Sequence record: NC_022096.1
Reading direction: 5' to 3' (one strand)
DNA length: 64,000 bases
The notes beneath the pieces are model-generated. The model worked only from the letters and a program-made list of their open reading frames with translations, did no database searches and was not told the DNA's origin. Shown in pieces: positions 63,896 through 64,000 of the stretch. A program made the position numbers and the translations under genes. Each line of letters starts with the position of its first letter. The first letter of the stretch is position 1.

Positions 63896-64000
63896 ATGGC
63901 AGCCGTACGTAAACTATCCGACCTGAAAGAAGCTGGCTACAACCCGCGCGTCATCAGCAGCAAGCGCCTCAGCAACCTGCACAAGTCCATGACGACCTAC
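63896..64000 (+). CDS. ParB/Srx-like N-terminal domain protein, truncated by the window
   Basis: Own translation MAAVRKLSDLKEAGYNPRVIS..RLSNLHKSM matches the L....YNPR.....L..S ParB-N pattern. Confidence 0.65.
   Translation, partial: MAAVRKLSDLKEAGYNPRVISSKRLSNLHKSMTTY

Overview
This is a 64 kb internal segment of a large tailed dsDNA phage. The jumbo-myovirus organisation is inferred from the portal, large terminase, gp5-like baseplate spike and self-encoded replication set. Genes are almost all on the minus strand up to about 52.3 kb (exceptions: primase and the ORF after it) and on the plus strand afterwards. Recognisable genes: HAD-like protein, Ig-like virion protein, gp5/VgrG-like spike, NADAR, portal, KTSC protein, TerL, DnaB-like helicase, HNH nuclease, RecA, SSB, one clear and one possible sigma-70-like factor, SWIM protein, 5'-3' exonuclease, type IIA topoisomerase A and B, an ART-fold protein, a P-loop kinase, a Cas4-like nuclease, primase, RuvC, a Tad2/DUF2829-like protein, DUF1353, a PD-(D/E)xK nuclease and a ParB-like start. 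Two ORFs look like degenerate pseudo-enzymes (ligase-like and methyltransferase-like). The most unusual observations are: (1) a non-coding RNA island at about 58.1-61.1 kb with four tRNAs, a canonical-core hammerhead ribozyme whose stem II has two competing folds, an RNA with three identical CUCGUCC hairpin loops, a long-stem RNA and a tRNA-like RNA with an expanded anticodon arm; (2) Lys-rich and Asp/Glu-rich disordered tags on many DNA-processing enzymes, alongside hyper-acidic and histone-like proteins, including a shared DVxIxVS motif and a 48-bp tag identical in two genes; (3) three putative promoter classes, including five copies of a sigma70 promoter with a conserved leader; (4) a structured RNA candidate directly after the portal gene; (5) a 1.4 kb repeat-rich non-coding region that may be an origin. 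All family calls come from motifs read by eye; no database search or folding program was run.
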